Shown here: piece after piece, positions 50,421-62,269 of the stretch
Position numbering within the stretch: the stretch's first letter is position 1
Layout: each line of letters opens with the position of its first letter
Assembly (NCBI RefSeq): GCF_004010195.1
Contig: NC_057746.1
Coordinates: forward strand, 2,196,777-2,260,776
DNA from: Chiloscyllium plagiosum
Taxonomy: Eukaryota
Reading direction: 5' to 3'
Length of the DNA stretch: 64,000 nucleotides
Notes under the pieces: model-generated
Databases searched by the model: none
What the model was told of the DNA's origin: nothing
The model's input: the letters and a program-made list of their open reading frames with translations, nothing else
Translations under genes and position numbers: made by a program

Positions 50421-50978
50421 ATAGTTCATTTTGACTTGATTGGCTTGATTAATCATCTTCAACACCTCAATTAGATTACCCCATCATTTTCTACATTCAA
50501 GGGAATACAAGCTCAGTCTGTACAACTTGTTCTCATAATTTAATCCTTTAAACCCTTGGAATATTCTGTGAATATATACTGCACTCCCTCCAAGGCCAGT
50601 ATATCCTCCCTGAGGTATGGTGCCCAGAACTGGATAGAGTAGCTGGAACATGACTTCCACATTGACACAGGGTCCTGCAGTAATAAGCAATTTTAACAAA
50701 GTGAAGCAGGACCTTGGTGCTTGATGTGGCCCAGATTGGGTGATGGACGAATAAACCAGTTGTGCTCTAATCTTCATGTCTTGAACTTGAGAAACAGTGA
50801 GATTGACCAGGATAGGATTAAAGGAAAGTTTGGGAACAAGGGTGTAGCAGGTGGATCTGATTGCATGATTAACCAGATTGTTTCTGTAGCTGTCAATGTA
50901 GTTAATGGAGGGCCAAGGGGCAGGGAGTTGGGAATTAGATAGCACCATCCAACTCACCTGGGGTAGAGGGTCTTCCAG

Positions 50979-52493
50979 TGTTGTCCTGTTTCCACCATCT
51001 ATAGAAGCAAAATGCTCAGCGATACAGTATAGTTTTACCTCCTTCATCTTTATTCCGGGCCCTGGAGGGAGAGAGAATGATCGCTCATGTGCATAGAGAC
51101 ATGAGTTCACGGTCTTTTGTGGAAGAGCAGTTTCTCAATAAACTATATAGTCATTTTACAGGGAGGAGCATCCAGATAAGGCAATGGACATATTAATTGG
51201 GTGACCATTACAATCAGCGAGTATCAACAATAAAGATTAAGCCAACTGCTGTTACACAATGAATGTTCTTAACCTTGTTAACTGACATTACATACCGAAC
51301 ACTACCTCATCTTGTTAAATGGTTCTACATAATGAGTGCTTTTCCACCTTGTTAACCCATTACCCTTGCCTCCAGCACCCCATTGTTAACTCTTAAGTTC
51401 TCATCTGATCTGATTCATGCTTAGCTGAACCTCTTGTTTCACAAAACTCAGAATTTAACTCTTTCTCTGCCTGCTTATACTGTATACACATTCTCATTCC
51501 CTCCTTTTATCATTTCGTACCAACCAATGGCATTGCCAGCTTTCATAAGAATCTAATAGCCTGTATTTAGCAAGTTATTAATACACACCATGCAGTGATT
51601 ATAATAACAAAAATTACTAGTCTATTCCTCTCATGTGAAAAAAAAACACCAGTAAAGTTCTTAAATCCACAGTCCTTAATGACCACTCCATCCCCTCCAA
51701 GTCGAGTGGAAATAAGCCAATTCTCCAAAATCTCCTTTAGTAAAGTCCAACCTGAAAACAAAATTCAGTCTGTCCTTGCATCACTCCTTGGAGAAATCTG
51801 AATTCTTGGATAAGAGCAATTAAATACTTAACAAAACTGATGAGACTGCTATCCTTGCAGAGATGCTTCAGATGGAGGATACCAGCGCATCTGAGTGTGC
51901 AGTGCAGCAGCTGCAGCACCAGGCTAGGTGAATGCAGCATTCTTTGCTGCTTCTGCTCCCACTCTGCTATTAAATGTAACAAAATCAAATGGCTGTTGTG
52001 ATGTTAGCTTGATCAGTGAACTTCATATCCTTTAAATGATCGAAAGACAAGGTAAAGCTCATGTGGTTTAATGTCCATAGGAAGGCCACTGACAAAAAAT
52101 GTACCGAACCCCTCTTCACTGTTGTTAGCTTCTTCACTTTCCGTGCTCAAGACTGATGAGCTGCTGTTACGCAATGAATGTTCTTAACCTTTTAAACTGG
52201 CTTCACATAATGAATAGTTTTCACCTTGTTAACTGATGTTACATACTGAACGCTATCCCATCTTGTTAAATGGTTCTACATAATGACTGCTTTTCCACCT
52301 TGTTAACCCATTAACCTTGCCTCCAGCACCCCATTGTTAACTATAAGTTCTTATCTGATCTGATTCATGCTCAGCTGAACATCTTGTTTCATAACACCCT
52401 ATTTTATCTGAGTCATGTTCAGCTGAAACTCTTTTTCACAAAGCTCAGAACTTAACTCTTTCCCTACCTGCTTATACCCTATACACATTCTCA
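50979..52493 (-). mobile_element. Internally deleted ERV: partial 5' LTR 52160-52493, PPT 51497-51508, full 3' LTR 50979-51496
   Basis: TG..CA termini; TATA and AATAAA in order; PPT AAAAGGAGGGAA; flanks CCAG/CTAG. Confidence 0.75.
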
Positions 52494-54877
52494 CTAGAAA
52501 TAGAAACTGATTGGTCCAAGGTCACTGGATCTCTGTAACCATTGGTGGGATCCTCTTCCGATGATGAGTGTTTGACTAATACCATGGGTAATGTTGTACT
52601 CTCCTTTCTGGGTGGACTGCTATCCTGAGTATGGGGAGGGAGTAGGGTTGAGTCTCTACAGATCTGAGTTCCCTCAGTCCATTATACTTCAATGTAATAA
52701 TGGTGTGATATGTTCACCTTACACTCTTCCAAGATTCATTTCATGACCTGGGAAGGATCTTGAATAATTTTGAAATGCTTTGTTATTTTGGTTGATTTAA
52801 AATTTGATGCACACTGAATATTCCATTGATTCATGTTATTTAGGACGGTTTTACCAATTTCTGTACAGGTTTATAATTTGATAAATTAATTTATCAGCTG
52901 ACACAAAGCTCTCTGATCTGTCAGCCTGGTGTGTTCCTATTCAAAATGCTGAATATCCTACAGTAAGAGTTTTGTATGCAATATATTGCTCAATTTCCCT
53001 GTGGGATGAGATCCTTTCTCTATCAATAGGTTTATAATTTCTAGTTCCCAGGAAGCAGATCATTTCCAGATGAAAGAAAGATTTGTTTTTATATATCAAT
53101 TTTCACAATCTCGATCTGTCTGAAAGCACCTCCCTTTTAATAAAGTGCTTTTGAAGAGTAGTTAGTTATGATGAAAGAAACATTGGCAACTATTTTTTGC
53201 AAATTGGGTGGCTACAAAATGTGATGCTAACCAGATGATATATTTTTGTGAGAGTGTATTGATATCTACATTGATCAGGGCATGAAGGATAACTCCAGTC
53301 TTCCACAGTTATAGCAGGTGGCTTGGAATTTTAATCACTTCAAGTTTATCAATGTATTAAAATAAATAGAAAAGTATCTCTCCTTTGGAAATGGGTTGGA
53401 CTGAAGAGGTAAAGCACTAGTTTTCTTAGGTTTGCAATGTGTTTATTCAGACCCCCAGCTGTTGTTTCAGTTCAATCTATAAGTAGTTTGTGGATTATGT
53501 CTAAAGATCCTCAAATCTATGGTATAAAAGAATAAGAGTATTTATTACTTATTTATCATAATTTCTATTGTTAATAAGCCTATGCTTTGTTTTATTATTA
53601 AAATAAAGACTGCAACATTCCGTGCTTATATTTTANNNNNNNNNNNNNNNNNNNNNNNNNNNNNNNNNNNNNNNNNNNNNNNNNNNNNNNNNNNNNNNNN
53701 NNNNNNNNNNNNNNNNNNNNNNNNNNNNNNNNNNNNNNNNNNNNNNNNNNNNNNNNNNNNNNNNNNNNNNNNNNNNNNNNNNNNNNNNNNNNNNNNNNNN
53801 NNNNNNNNNNNNNNNNNNNNNNNNNNNNNNNNNNNNNNNNNNNNNNNNNNNNNNNNNNNNNNNNNNNNNNNNNNNNNNNNNNNNNNNNNNNNNNNNNNNN
53901 NNNNNNNNNNNNNNNNNNNNNNNNNNNNNNNNNNNNNNNNNNNNNNNNNNNNNNNNNNNNNNNNNNNNNNNNNNNNNNNNNNNNNNNNNNNNNNNNNNNN
54001 NNNNNNNNNNNNNNNNNNNNNNNNNNNNNNNNNNNNNNNNNNNNNNNNNNNNNNNNNNNNNNNNNNNNNNNNNNNNNNNNNNNNNNNNNNNNNNNNNNNN
54101 NNNNNNNNNNNNNNNNNNNNNNNNNNNNNNNNNNNTGTAGTTTTGAGTTTTCTTTAATTAAGGAGACCAAAACTCTGGCCAGTACTCGAGATGGGGTCAC
54201 ATTTTTGCCACTGGTTTTAGGGCTGGGACTAACTGATGATAACCTAGACAATTCACTGGGGGAAACACACAGCAGTTATTGGAGCAATATAAAGGAGTGA
54301 AAACAGCTCTTTGCCAAGTTGTCAAATGCACAAACTCATAAACAGAGGTGCCAGACCAGGCGCAGAGACTGACAAATGTTACCTTTAATGTGTTTTTGCA
54401 AGAAACCTTGTCGGACCTTATTAACAACATTCATCATTTGAGATATTCCAAATGTGACAATGTTACTAGCTTATGAGAAAATGACCTGAAAACAAAGGAC
54501 AAAAATAATTCTCCGGACTGAAAATAACAGAATCTGAATAATACACAACAATAATTCTTCCAGACCTATGTAAGAATGTGTGTACCTTCCACAAGTCCAA
54601 GATGTAAAATCCAGGATTGTGGTGCACTTCTTCCTGCCATACTTCATGTCGTACCTGGAGATCTTTTAACCTGGTAGGTTGTATTTCTGATGCATACATT
54701 TCAAATTTGTGTGTGTGCAGGAGGGATTATCATTGTTAGCAGTTTGGAACAGGAACACCTGTAAGTCCCAGGAATGTGTGAACCTCCTTCCTGTTCCCGT
54801 CTTTCTCCCCTTTCCTGTGCATGTGCCGATCTCATCATTACACAACATCAGTGTTGCTGTGGGTCTACCTCTTCTGA

Positions 54878-55067
54878 GGAGAAAGTGAGGTCTGCAGATG
54901 CTGGAGATCAGAGCTGAAAATGTGTTGCTGGAAAAGCGCAGCAGGTCAGGCAGCATCCAGGGAACAGGAGCTCATTCCTGAAGAAGGGCTTATGCCCGAA
55001 ACGTCGATTCTCCTGTTCCTTGGATGCTGCCTGACCTGCTGCGCTTTTCCAGCAACACATTTTCAGC
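54878..55067. mobile_element. Family A hammerhead element in the upstream exon of cassette copy 5
   Basis: 14-bp TSD TCTACCTCTTCTGA; intact core 54978-55005 on +. Confidence 0.88.
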
Positions 55068-55605
55068 TCTACCTCTTCTGACCTGCTTACGAACACACAT
55101 CCACTGACACTGTTAGTTTGAAACTCTCCGAGGATGAAGGATGCTATTCCCACACTAGAAATCTCTGTCAATCATTTACCAGGGGAACTGAGACAGCAGC
55201 TGCAATAAGTGAGGTTTTATTCAGATGGGACAATGACNNNNNNNNNNNNNNNNNNNNNNNNNNNNNNNNNNNNNNNNNNNNNNNNNNNNNNNNNNNNNNN
55301 NNNNNNNNNNNNNNNNNNNNNNNNNNNNNNNNNNNNNNNNNNNNNNNNNNNNNNNNNNNNNNNNNNNNNNNNNNNNNNNNNNNNNNNNNNNNNNNNNNNN
55401 NNNNNNNNNNNNNNNNNNNNNNNNNNNNGTGTGTTTATTGGAAGCATTTCCCTCTGATTTCCAGGCTGAGTTTTGTTGATGACTGATTCCTGAGTATGAG
55501 AAGGTGAACTATAGTTATCTGGGAGATGCAGAGTGTCTGAGGATTCTTACTTATTTCCTGCTGTTGAGTTCTGTGTGCGTTGGGTGTTGGTTATTATCAT
55601 GAGGT
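55068..55605 (+). repeat. ZNF 5' cassette, copy 5 (core falls in N gap); micro-exon 55465-55503
   Basis: Both gap flanks match the cassette. Confidence 0.75.
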
Positions 55606-57009
55606 TTGTAATTTGTACAGTTCCTAGGAGAATGTTGCCTCATTGCATGGAATAGGAGTTGTGTTGAAGCTCTTATGGTGCAGTGGTTGTGACCATACCT
55701 CTGAGTCTGGAGGCCCAAGTACAAGGCCCACATGATCTAGCGGTGTATAATAACATATCTGAAAAGGTTGATTTTAAAAAATGGAGTCAGCCACGTCGTG
55801 TCTCGAGTATGCCCCACCATTTACCAAGATCATAGTGTTTCTGTAACCTCCATATTTCTGCTCTTTCCCTAATTCCCTTCAAAACTTTGGTGAAAAAAAA
55901 ATCCATCTCAGATTTGATAGAAGTTGCAGATTTAGCATTAATTGTCAATTATGGCAATGAGTTCCAATCTTCTCCCACTCTTTGTGTGTCACAGTAGTTC
56001 CTTATTTCACTCCAAAAAGATCTGACTGTGTTCTTTGGATAATGCCCTGGATCTAGACTCCCCATCCGATAAAAATAAGTTACTTCCATTGGCGTGAATT
56101 CTTCACTTTAATATTTCAAAAACGTTCATCAGATCATCTTTTAACCTTCTAAGCACTGAGGAATATAACCCTATTTGTTTAAGCTCTCCTCATTATGTAA
56201 CCCTTGCAGCTCAGGGATCATTCCAGTACTGTAAATCTGTACTGCATTCCCCCCAAGGCCAATACCTTATGTGTGGTGAGTTATCTAGAATTGTTCTCAG
56301 TAGTCTAGTGATAATCAAACCAGGGCTTTGTGTCACTGAAATATGTTGTTTCTGTGTCGCCATAGTCTTATCAGAACGTAGGGACTGCTTTCATATTAGA
56401 GAGAGACAGAAGTGACTGTGGTCATTTAACCTGAGGGCCACCAGATCTCAAGCGAGGGAAGAGATTGAGAAGGAGAGTCCTTCATGGTAGCCTCAAACCA
56501 GTGATGGGAACTGAACCCACACTGTTGGCATCACACTGCTCTGTAAACCAATGATGCAACCAACTGAGCTAAGCATTCTCACTGAAATATGACTTCTACC
56601 CCATAATATTCCTTTTCTCAAGCCATTTCCATTATCCTATACTTTATGTATCTCTTCATGACATTTTAATGATGTCAATACCTTGGTCCCCAGGTCTCTT
56701 ATTACCTTTTTCAGTATCCTGTTCATTACTATTTATGAAATAACAACCCCTCTACCCTGTTCCACTCCCAATGCCACTGACTCACCACTTCTATCCCACA
56801 TTTACAGCTGATCGGATCAACAAAGAACTTGAGAAGGCAAATTTGCTGGAGAGATACCGTGTGAGTGGAGTAGCAACTCCTCACACCTTCTATCCATTCT
56901 GTTTCTGGGGCCAGCCGTCCTCTGATTGGTCACCCTATTGTTGCATTTCCCTGAGCATCTTGCAGGTTTTTTTGCCATATATGTACCCGTTATCTGCATG
57001 TATTTAAGT

Positions 57010-57680
57010 GCAGATTGTGGGGTTAATATTGACCAGAAGTTGAGCTGGATCAGCCATGTAAACACAGTGGCTGCAAGGGGCTAGGAATCCTGAGTGAGTA
57101 ACTCACTTCCTGACTCCATAGATCCTGTCCACCATCTATAAGACACAGATCAGGAGTATGATGAAATATTCTCCTCTTGCCTGGAAGTGTACAGCACCAG
57201 CAATACTCAGAAAGCTCAACAGCACCACCAGGACAACAAAGCCCACTTGACTGCCACTCCATCCATCACTTGCATTGTTCATTCCCTCCAAACTGTCAGA
57301 CAGTGGTAGCACTCCTGAAGATGCACTGCAGCAACTCATTAAGATTCCATCCACATCACCATCCATACCCATGATCCCCACCACTTGGAAGGTTAGGACA
57401 AAAGGTGTCTTAACAGTAAAACCTGTAAGATCCACCACTGCCACTGCCATCCCCCCCACCCACCCACCGCCAAACTTCACGCCACCATGGCTTGGAACTC
57501 TACTTTGATTCCTTCACTGTCACTATTCAAACTTCTGGAACTCGCTTCCAGACAGTACTATGTGTGTCCTGACATCCCAATGGCTACAATGGTTCAAGAA
57601 GGCAGCTCATCACCACCTTCTCAAAGGCTGTTAAGAAAGGGTAGTAAATTCTGGCTTAACCTGTCATGCAGTCTTCCTAT
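57010..57680 (+). mobile_element. CR1/L2-related LINE fragment
   Basis: TIYKTQIRSMMKYSPLAW relic. Confidence 0.7.
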
Positions 57681-58112
57681 GAAGGTTTAGGTAAAGAAAA
57701 CTGTTCACCGAGGGTGGAAAGGGTGATGGAGGAAGTCACGATTCCTCTTCCTGTTTTACACAAGGATTGCACCGTATTGTATCACAGAGGATGGAGGATT
57801 TTGCAGATACAAAAAGGATTGATACGATAGATAGATCCTGACAACCCAAGGAATAACCTAAATCAGACAGTACAGAGAAGGTTGGGCAGTGAAACCATTG
57901 TCTGGAAATAGATTAGGTCAGGAGAATTTTGACACATCATCAGATTTGAAACTGGTGAGTGGTGTGGATCCTTCCATCAGAACCAACCTTTCTGGAGGTT
58001 TGGCTGTGGGTGATCAGTCAGGGGAGGTTGGGAAGAAGTGTGAGTGGAGTCCAATGTGGTGAGAGCTTCAGTCATTCACCGAGGGTCATGAACCACTGAC
58101 TCATTCCTACAG

Positions 58113-58231
58113 TGGAGGAGCCAGTGTTGGACTGGGATGGACAAAGTTCAAAATCACTCTGCAGAAACTTGATGTCTGTGTCACTTCCAAATAAACCTGT
58201 TGGACTATAACCTGGTGTTGTGTGTTTTTTA
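58113..58231. mobile_element. Family B remnant (no ribozyme core) in the leader of ZNF E
   Basis: 14-bp TSD ACTCATTCCTACAG; paralogues lack it. Confidence 0.85.
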
Positions 58232-58339
58232 ACTCATTCCTACAGGTGAGAGGTGTGTGAGGTGACTGATACAGGCTCCCAGGATCTAATATCATTCAGG
58301 ATGCTTCTGTTACACAACTATTGACTTAAAGACAGCAAC

Positions 58340-59443
58340 ATGGAAGAAAAGCCCTTCAAGAGTGAGATATGTGACCGAGCCTTCATGCAGACATCAGCAC
58401 TCGGGGAACGCCAATGGATTCACACTGGGAAGGAGCCGTTCGAATGTGAGGTGTGTAAGCAGAACTTTACAAAGTTATCAGGCCTGGTGAATCATCGCCG
58501 TGTTCACACTGAGGAAAAACCATTCACGTGCGAGACTTGTGACAAATCGTTCTCACAGTCATCAAAGCTCCTAATGCATCAACATATTCACACAGGGGAG
58601 AAACCCTTCACATGTGAGGTGTGTACCAAATCATTCTCTGATTCTTCGACCCTCTGCAAACACCAACGCATTCACACACAGGAAAAACCATTCACATGTG
58701 ACACATGTGACAAATCGTTCTCACACTCAGAAAACCTCCGTAGACACCAACGCATTCACACAGGAGAGAAACCATTCAATTGTGAGGTTTGTAACAAATC
58801 ATTCTCACAATCAGTGAACCTCCGTGCACACCAACGTATTCACACAAGGGAAAAACCATTCAAATGCGAGATGTGTGACAAATCATTTTCATCGTCATCG
58901 AACCTCCGCACGCACCGACGCATTCACACGCGGGAGAAACCATTTACTTGTAAAGTGTGTGACAAGTCATTCTCGGATTCATCCGCCCTTCGTAGACACC
59001 AACATCTTCACACAGGAGAGAAACCATTTGTGTGTGAGGTCTGTGACAAATCATTTGCAGACTCATCAAGACTTCTGCTCCATCAGAGGATTCACACAGG
59101 GGAGAAACCATTCACATGTGAGGTGTGTAACAAAGCATTTTCAGTGTCATCGGCCCTCCACAAGCACCAGGGCATTCATGCAGATGTGAAGCCATTCACA
59201 TGTGAGGTGTGTGACAAATCATTCTCACAGTCAGAGAACCTCCGCACGCACCAACGTATTCACACAGGGGAGAAACTGTTCATGTGTGAGGTGTGCAACA
59301 AATCATTCTCACGGTCGTATAACCTTCGCAGACACCAATATGTTCACACGGGAGAGAAACCATTCACATGCAATGTGTGCAACAAATCATTCTCGAGGTC
59401 TTGGGACTTCCTCGTCCATCAGAGGATCCACACAAGGAAATAA
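58340..59443 (+). CDS. C2H2 zinc-finger protein E, 12 intact + 1 degenerate finger
   Basis: 367-aa ORF with TGEKPF linkers. Confidence 0.9.
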   Translation: MEEKPFKSEICDRAFMQTSALGERQWIHTGKEPFECEVCKQNFTKLSGLVNHRRVHTEEKPFTCETCDKSFSQSSKLLMHQHIHTGEKPFTCEVCTKSFSDSSTLCKHQRIHTQEKPFTCDTCDKSFSHSENLRRHQRIHTGEKPFNCEVCNKSFSQSVNLRAHQRIHTREKPFKCEMCDKSFSSSSNLRTHRRIHTREKPFTCKVCDKSFSDSSALRRHQHLHTGEKPFVCEVCDKSFADSSRLLLHQRIHTGEKPFTCEVCNKAFSVSSALHKHQGIHADVKPFTCEVCDKSFSQSENLRTHQRIHTGEKLFMCEVCNKSFSRSYNLRRHQYVHTGEKPFTCNVCNKSFSRSWDFLVHQRIHTRK

Positions 59444-59659
59444 TTGTTAAAGTCTGAGATTTGTGATGAGCCACCCAGGAAACCACAGGATTTAAGAGGG
59501 AGAAAGTCTTCAGGTACAATATTTGTGACAAGTCTTTTGAACAGTCAGCATATCTCCTGATCCATTAACATACTCACAAGAAAGAAATTGTACCAAGATG
59601 AGTTTTGTAATAAAGCCTTCACACAGTCTCGGACCTCCTGGAACATTAATGATCCCATA

Positions 59660-61640
59660 CAGGCCCACTTGTACCAATCTGCCCTCAGACTGTGAACCTG
59701 TACACAATCACACTGTGCAGGATGTTCAGTGGGACTGGGACGCAGAACAAGAAGCAACTAGTGATGACATCACCGTGCTGAGGGATTATGATGTAACAAT
59801 GGAGTGACCCTGCAGTGTGATGTCAGTGAAACAGGACTTGGAGTAACCCCCAGGCAGTGAGGACAACCCGCTGTGTTTGTATCCAGAGGGTTTACACAAA
59901 CTGAACAACACTGTGCACAGATAGAGTGTAAGTGTAAGATTATTTTTTTTGTGAACAGTTCAACCAGTTCTAATCAACTCCAAAGCATCAACAAAGGATA
60001 TTTCTTGACTTGGAGTAACCCCCAGGCAGTGAGGGCAACCCGCTGTGTTTGTATCCAGAGGATTTACACAAACTGAACAACTCTGTGCACAGATAGAGTG
60101 TAAGTGTAAGATTATTGTGCTCTGGTTATTGTGTCCTGTAAAGAATATAACTTCATGTACAGAGATATCACTGGGAAGTGAAGTACAAGCTAGGGAAGTA
60201 GGTGTACATCACTGACATGCTGTCAAGCACTGCACTCTCTCTGAAGGAAGTTGATGCTGGTACGCAGTGTGAAATATTCCAGATTCAACAAGAAGCAACA
60301 GCATGACATGTCATACTCTGGTACTCATCAAACCAACAGAGACATTAATTCTGACAGATAGGTGTCTTGTTCAGATCAACCAAATTTCACTGAGATGCAC
60401 TTCTTCAGGTGTTATAGTAAGTTGTGTTGAAAGGATGGTCTGAAACCACCAAGAACGCTGTTGTTGTAAGAGAAGTATTGGACAAACAGAGGTGAGATCA
60501 TGACCCAAGGTGACATCTTGTAAAAAAGGAGCAAGATCATTAACCTAAATAGAAGAGTAAAGAGATGCTAAAACATCCTACACAACCCATCAAGGAATTG
60601 AATCTAGTCTGAGGTAAGAGTAGTGCTCTACTGGCCAAACGTGAGAAATAAGATGAAGGACACATCAGCCAGTGCAGTGCTTGTAATAAACATCCAAGTA
60701 AATAAGATAAAGAGCTGCTCATGACTTGTGACTTACCAGACAGTCCGTAGATGAAACTCCCACTGGAACTGATTCTCTCGTCACAGTTGACTACTGTTTG
60801 TCAGCGGGGAGTTCGAGTAGAGATGTCACTGACTGTCAGTGAGATCATAGAATGTCTGAAAGCACACTTCAGTCATCATGACATCCCTGACATTGTGTTC
60901 AGGGAGAATGACCTCGATTCATGAGTGAAGAATTCAAACACTTTCTGAATGTTTGAGAAATTCAGCATCACACGTCATCTCCATACAACCCAGTCAAATG
61001 GAAAGACTGAGGCAAAAGTGAAAATTATCAAAGGGATTGTGAATAAATCAGTTATATCCAACAGAAGCCTGTACAAGGCAATCTTAGAGTAGAGAGACAC
61101 ACTCACTGAAGAAATGGCAAGTTGTCCAGTCCAGCAACTCATGTCACACCACACCCAAACTATTTTTCCAATAATTGAAAAGCTATTTAGGCTAGAAATA
61201 GCGATGTGAGTGCTGGCAGCCAAGTAAAACAACAGATAAATTTCATTTTGATAAAGGTGCCACAAGCATGCAATGCACTCAATAAAAGTTAGTCCACTTG
61301 GCAAACTGTTAATTGTGTACTGTATTTGAAACTGAATGACCAGATTTAGTGAAAGCACAGACATGTCTGTGCACATGGAGAAGATGCTCCATCATAGCAG
61401 AAGAGGTAGCTCTGACTATACCGGCAGATCAAGAAAATTAATAACCATCAGTTCTGGAAGTCAGCCATTTCCGAACAAGTGCAATGGTTTGGCACCAGCA
61501 ATCACACAACAATATCCTTAGAGAGACAAAGTCACCTCCAGAACCAGCAAACATCAGATGAATAACCAACAGAAATTCCTATGCATACCTTAAGGAGACC
61601 TGCACACTTTAAAGATTATATGTGCAATACTTTGTAGAAC
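59660..61640 (+). mobile_element. Decayed Gypsy pol (RNase H + integrase)
   Basis: TLQCDVSETGLG; CSAC; VTVDY; LKAHFSHHDIPD; TSSPY..QSNGKTE; RPAHFKDY. Internal duplication 59836-59943/60006-60115. Confidence 0.85.
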
Positions 61641-61872
61641 CAGAGAAAATGTGAACAGTCCAGAAAAATATAACTTTTTACTTATGTGATAACTGTGTTT
61701 CTGAAATATGTGTACAGAATAACTTACAAATGATTCTGCATGCAATTTATTTTTCTTGTAAAATGGATGGTTTCTTTTGAAAACTCAATTGTCATCTTGA
61801 TCTGACTTCTTGTCATCTTAGGGAAATAAAGATTTTGAGCAAAACCATTTTTCACGCAATTATAGTTGACTG

Positions 61873-62173
61873 TTGTCCAGTGTGAACTCGCTGATTCTGT
61901 GCTCGCTATCCAGTTCAGAACGAGCGAGCCCTGTCCTCTGCGTCCAGTTCAGATCGGGAGATTCCTGTGCTCCCTGTCCAGTTCAGACCAGGAGATTCCT
62001 GTGCTCCCCGTCCAGTTCAGACTAGGAGATTCCTGTGTTCCCTGTCCAGTTCAGAGCGGGAGATTCCTGTGCTCTCTGTCCTGTTCAGACTGGGAGATTC
62101 CTGTGCTCCCCGTCCAGTCCAGACTGGGAAATTCCTGTGTTCCCTGTCCAGTTCAGACCGGCTGATTCCTGTG
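61873..62173. repeat. 34-bp minisatellite, ~8-9 units (GGAGATTCCTGTGCTCCCTGTCCAGTTCAGACYR)
   Basis: Direct reading; outer units degenerate. Confidence 0.9.
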
Positions 62174-62269
62174 CCTTTGGAATAGTGTCAAATCTTGACC
62201 AAGTCTTTCCATGCCTTAGGACTTTAGTGTTGTGAGTAAGTGCATGTGAAAGGATTTTTAAAAAGTACT

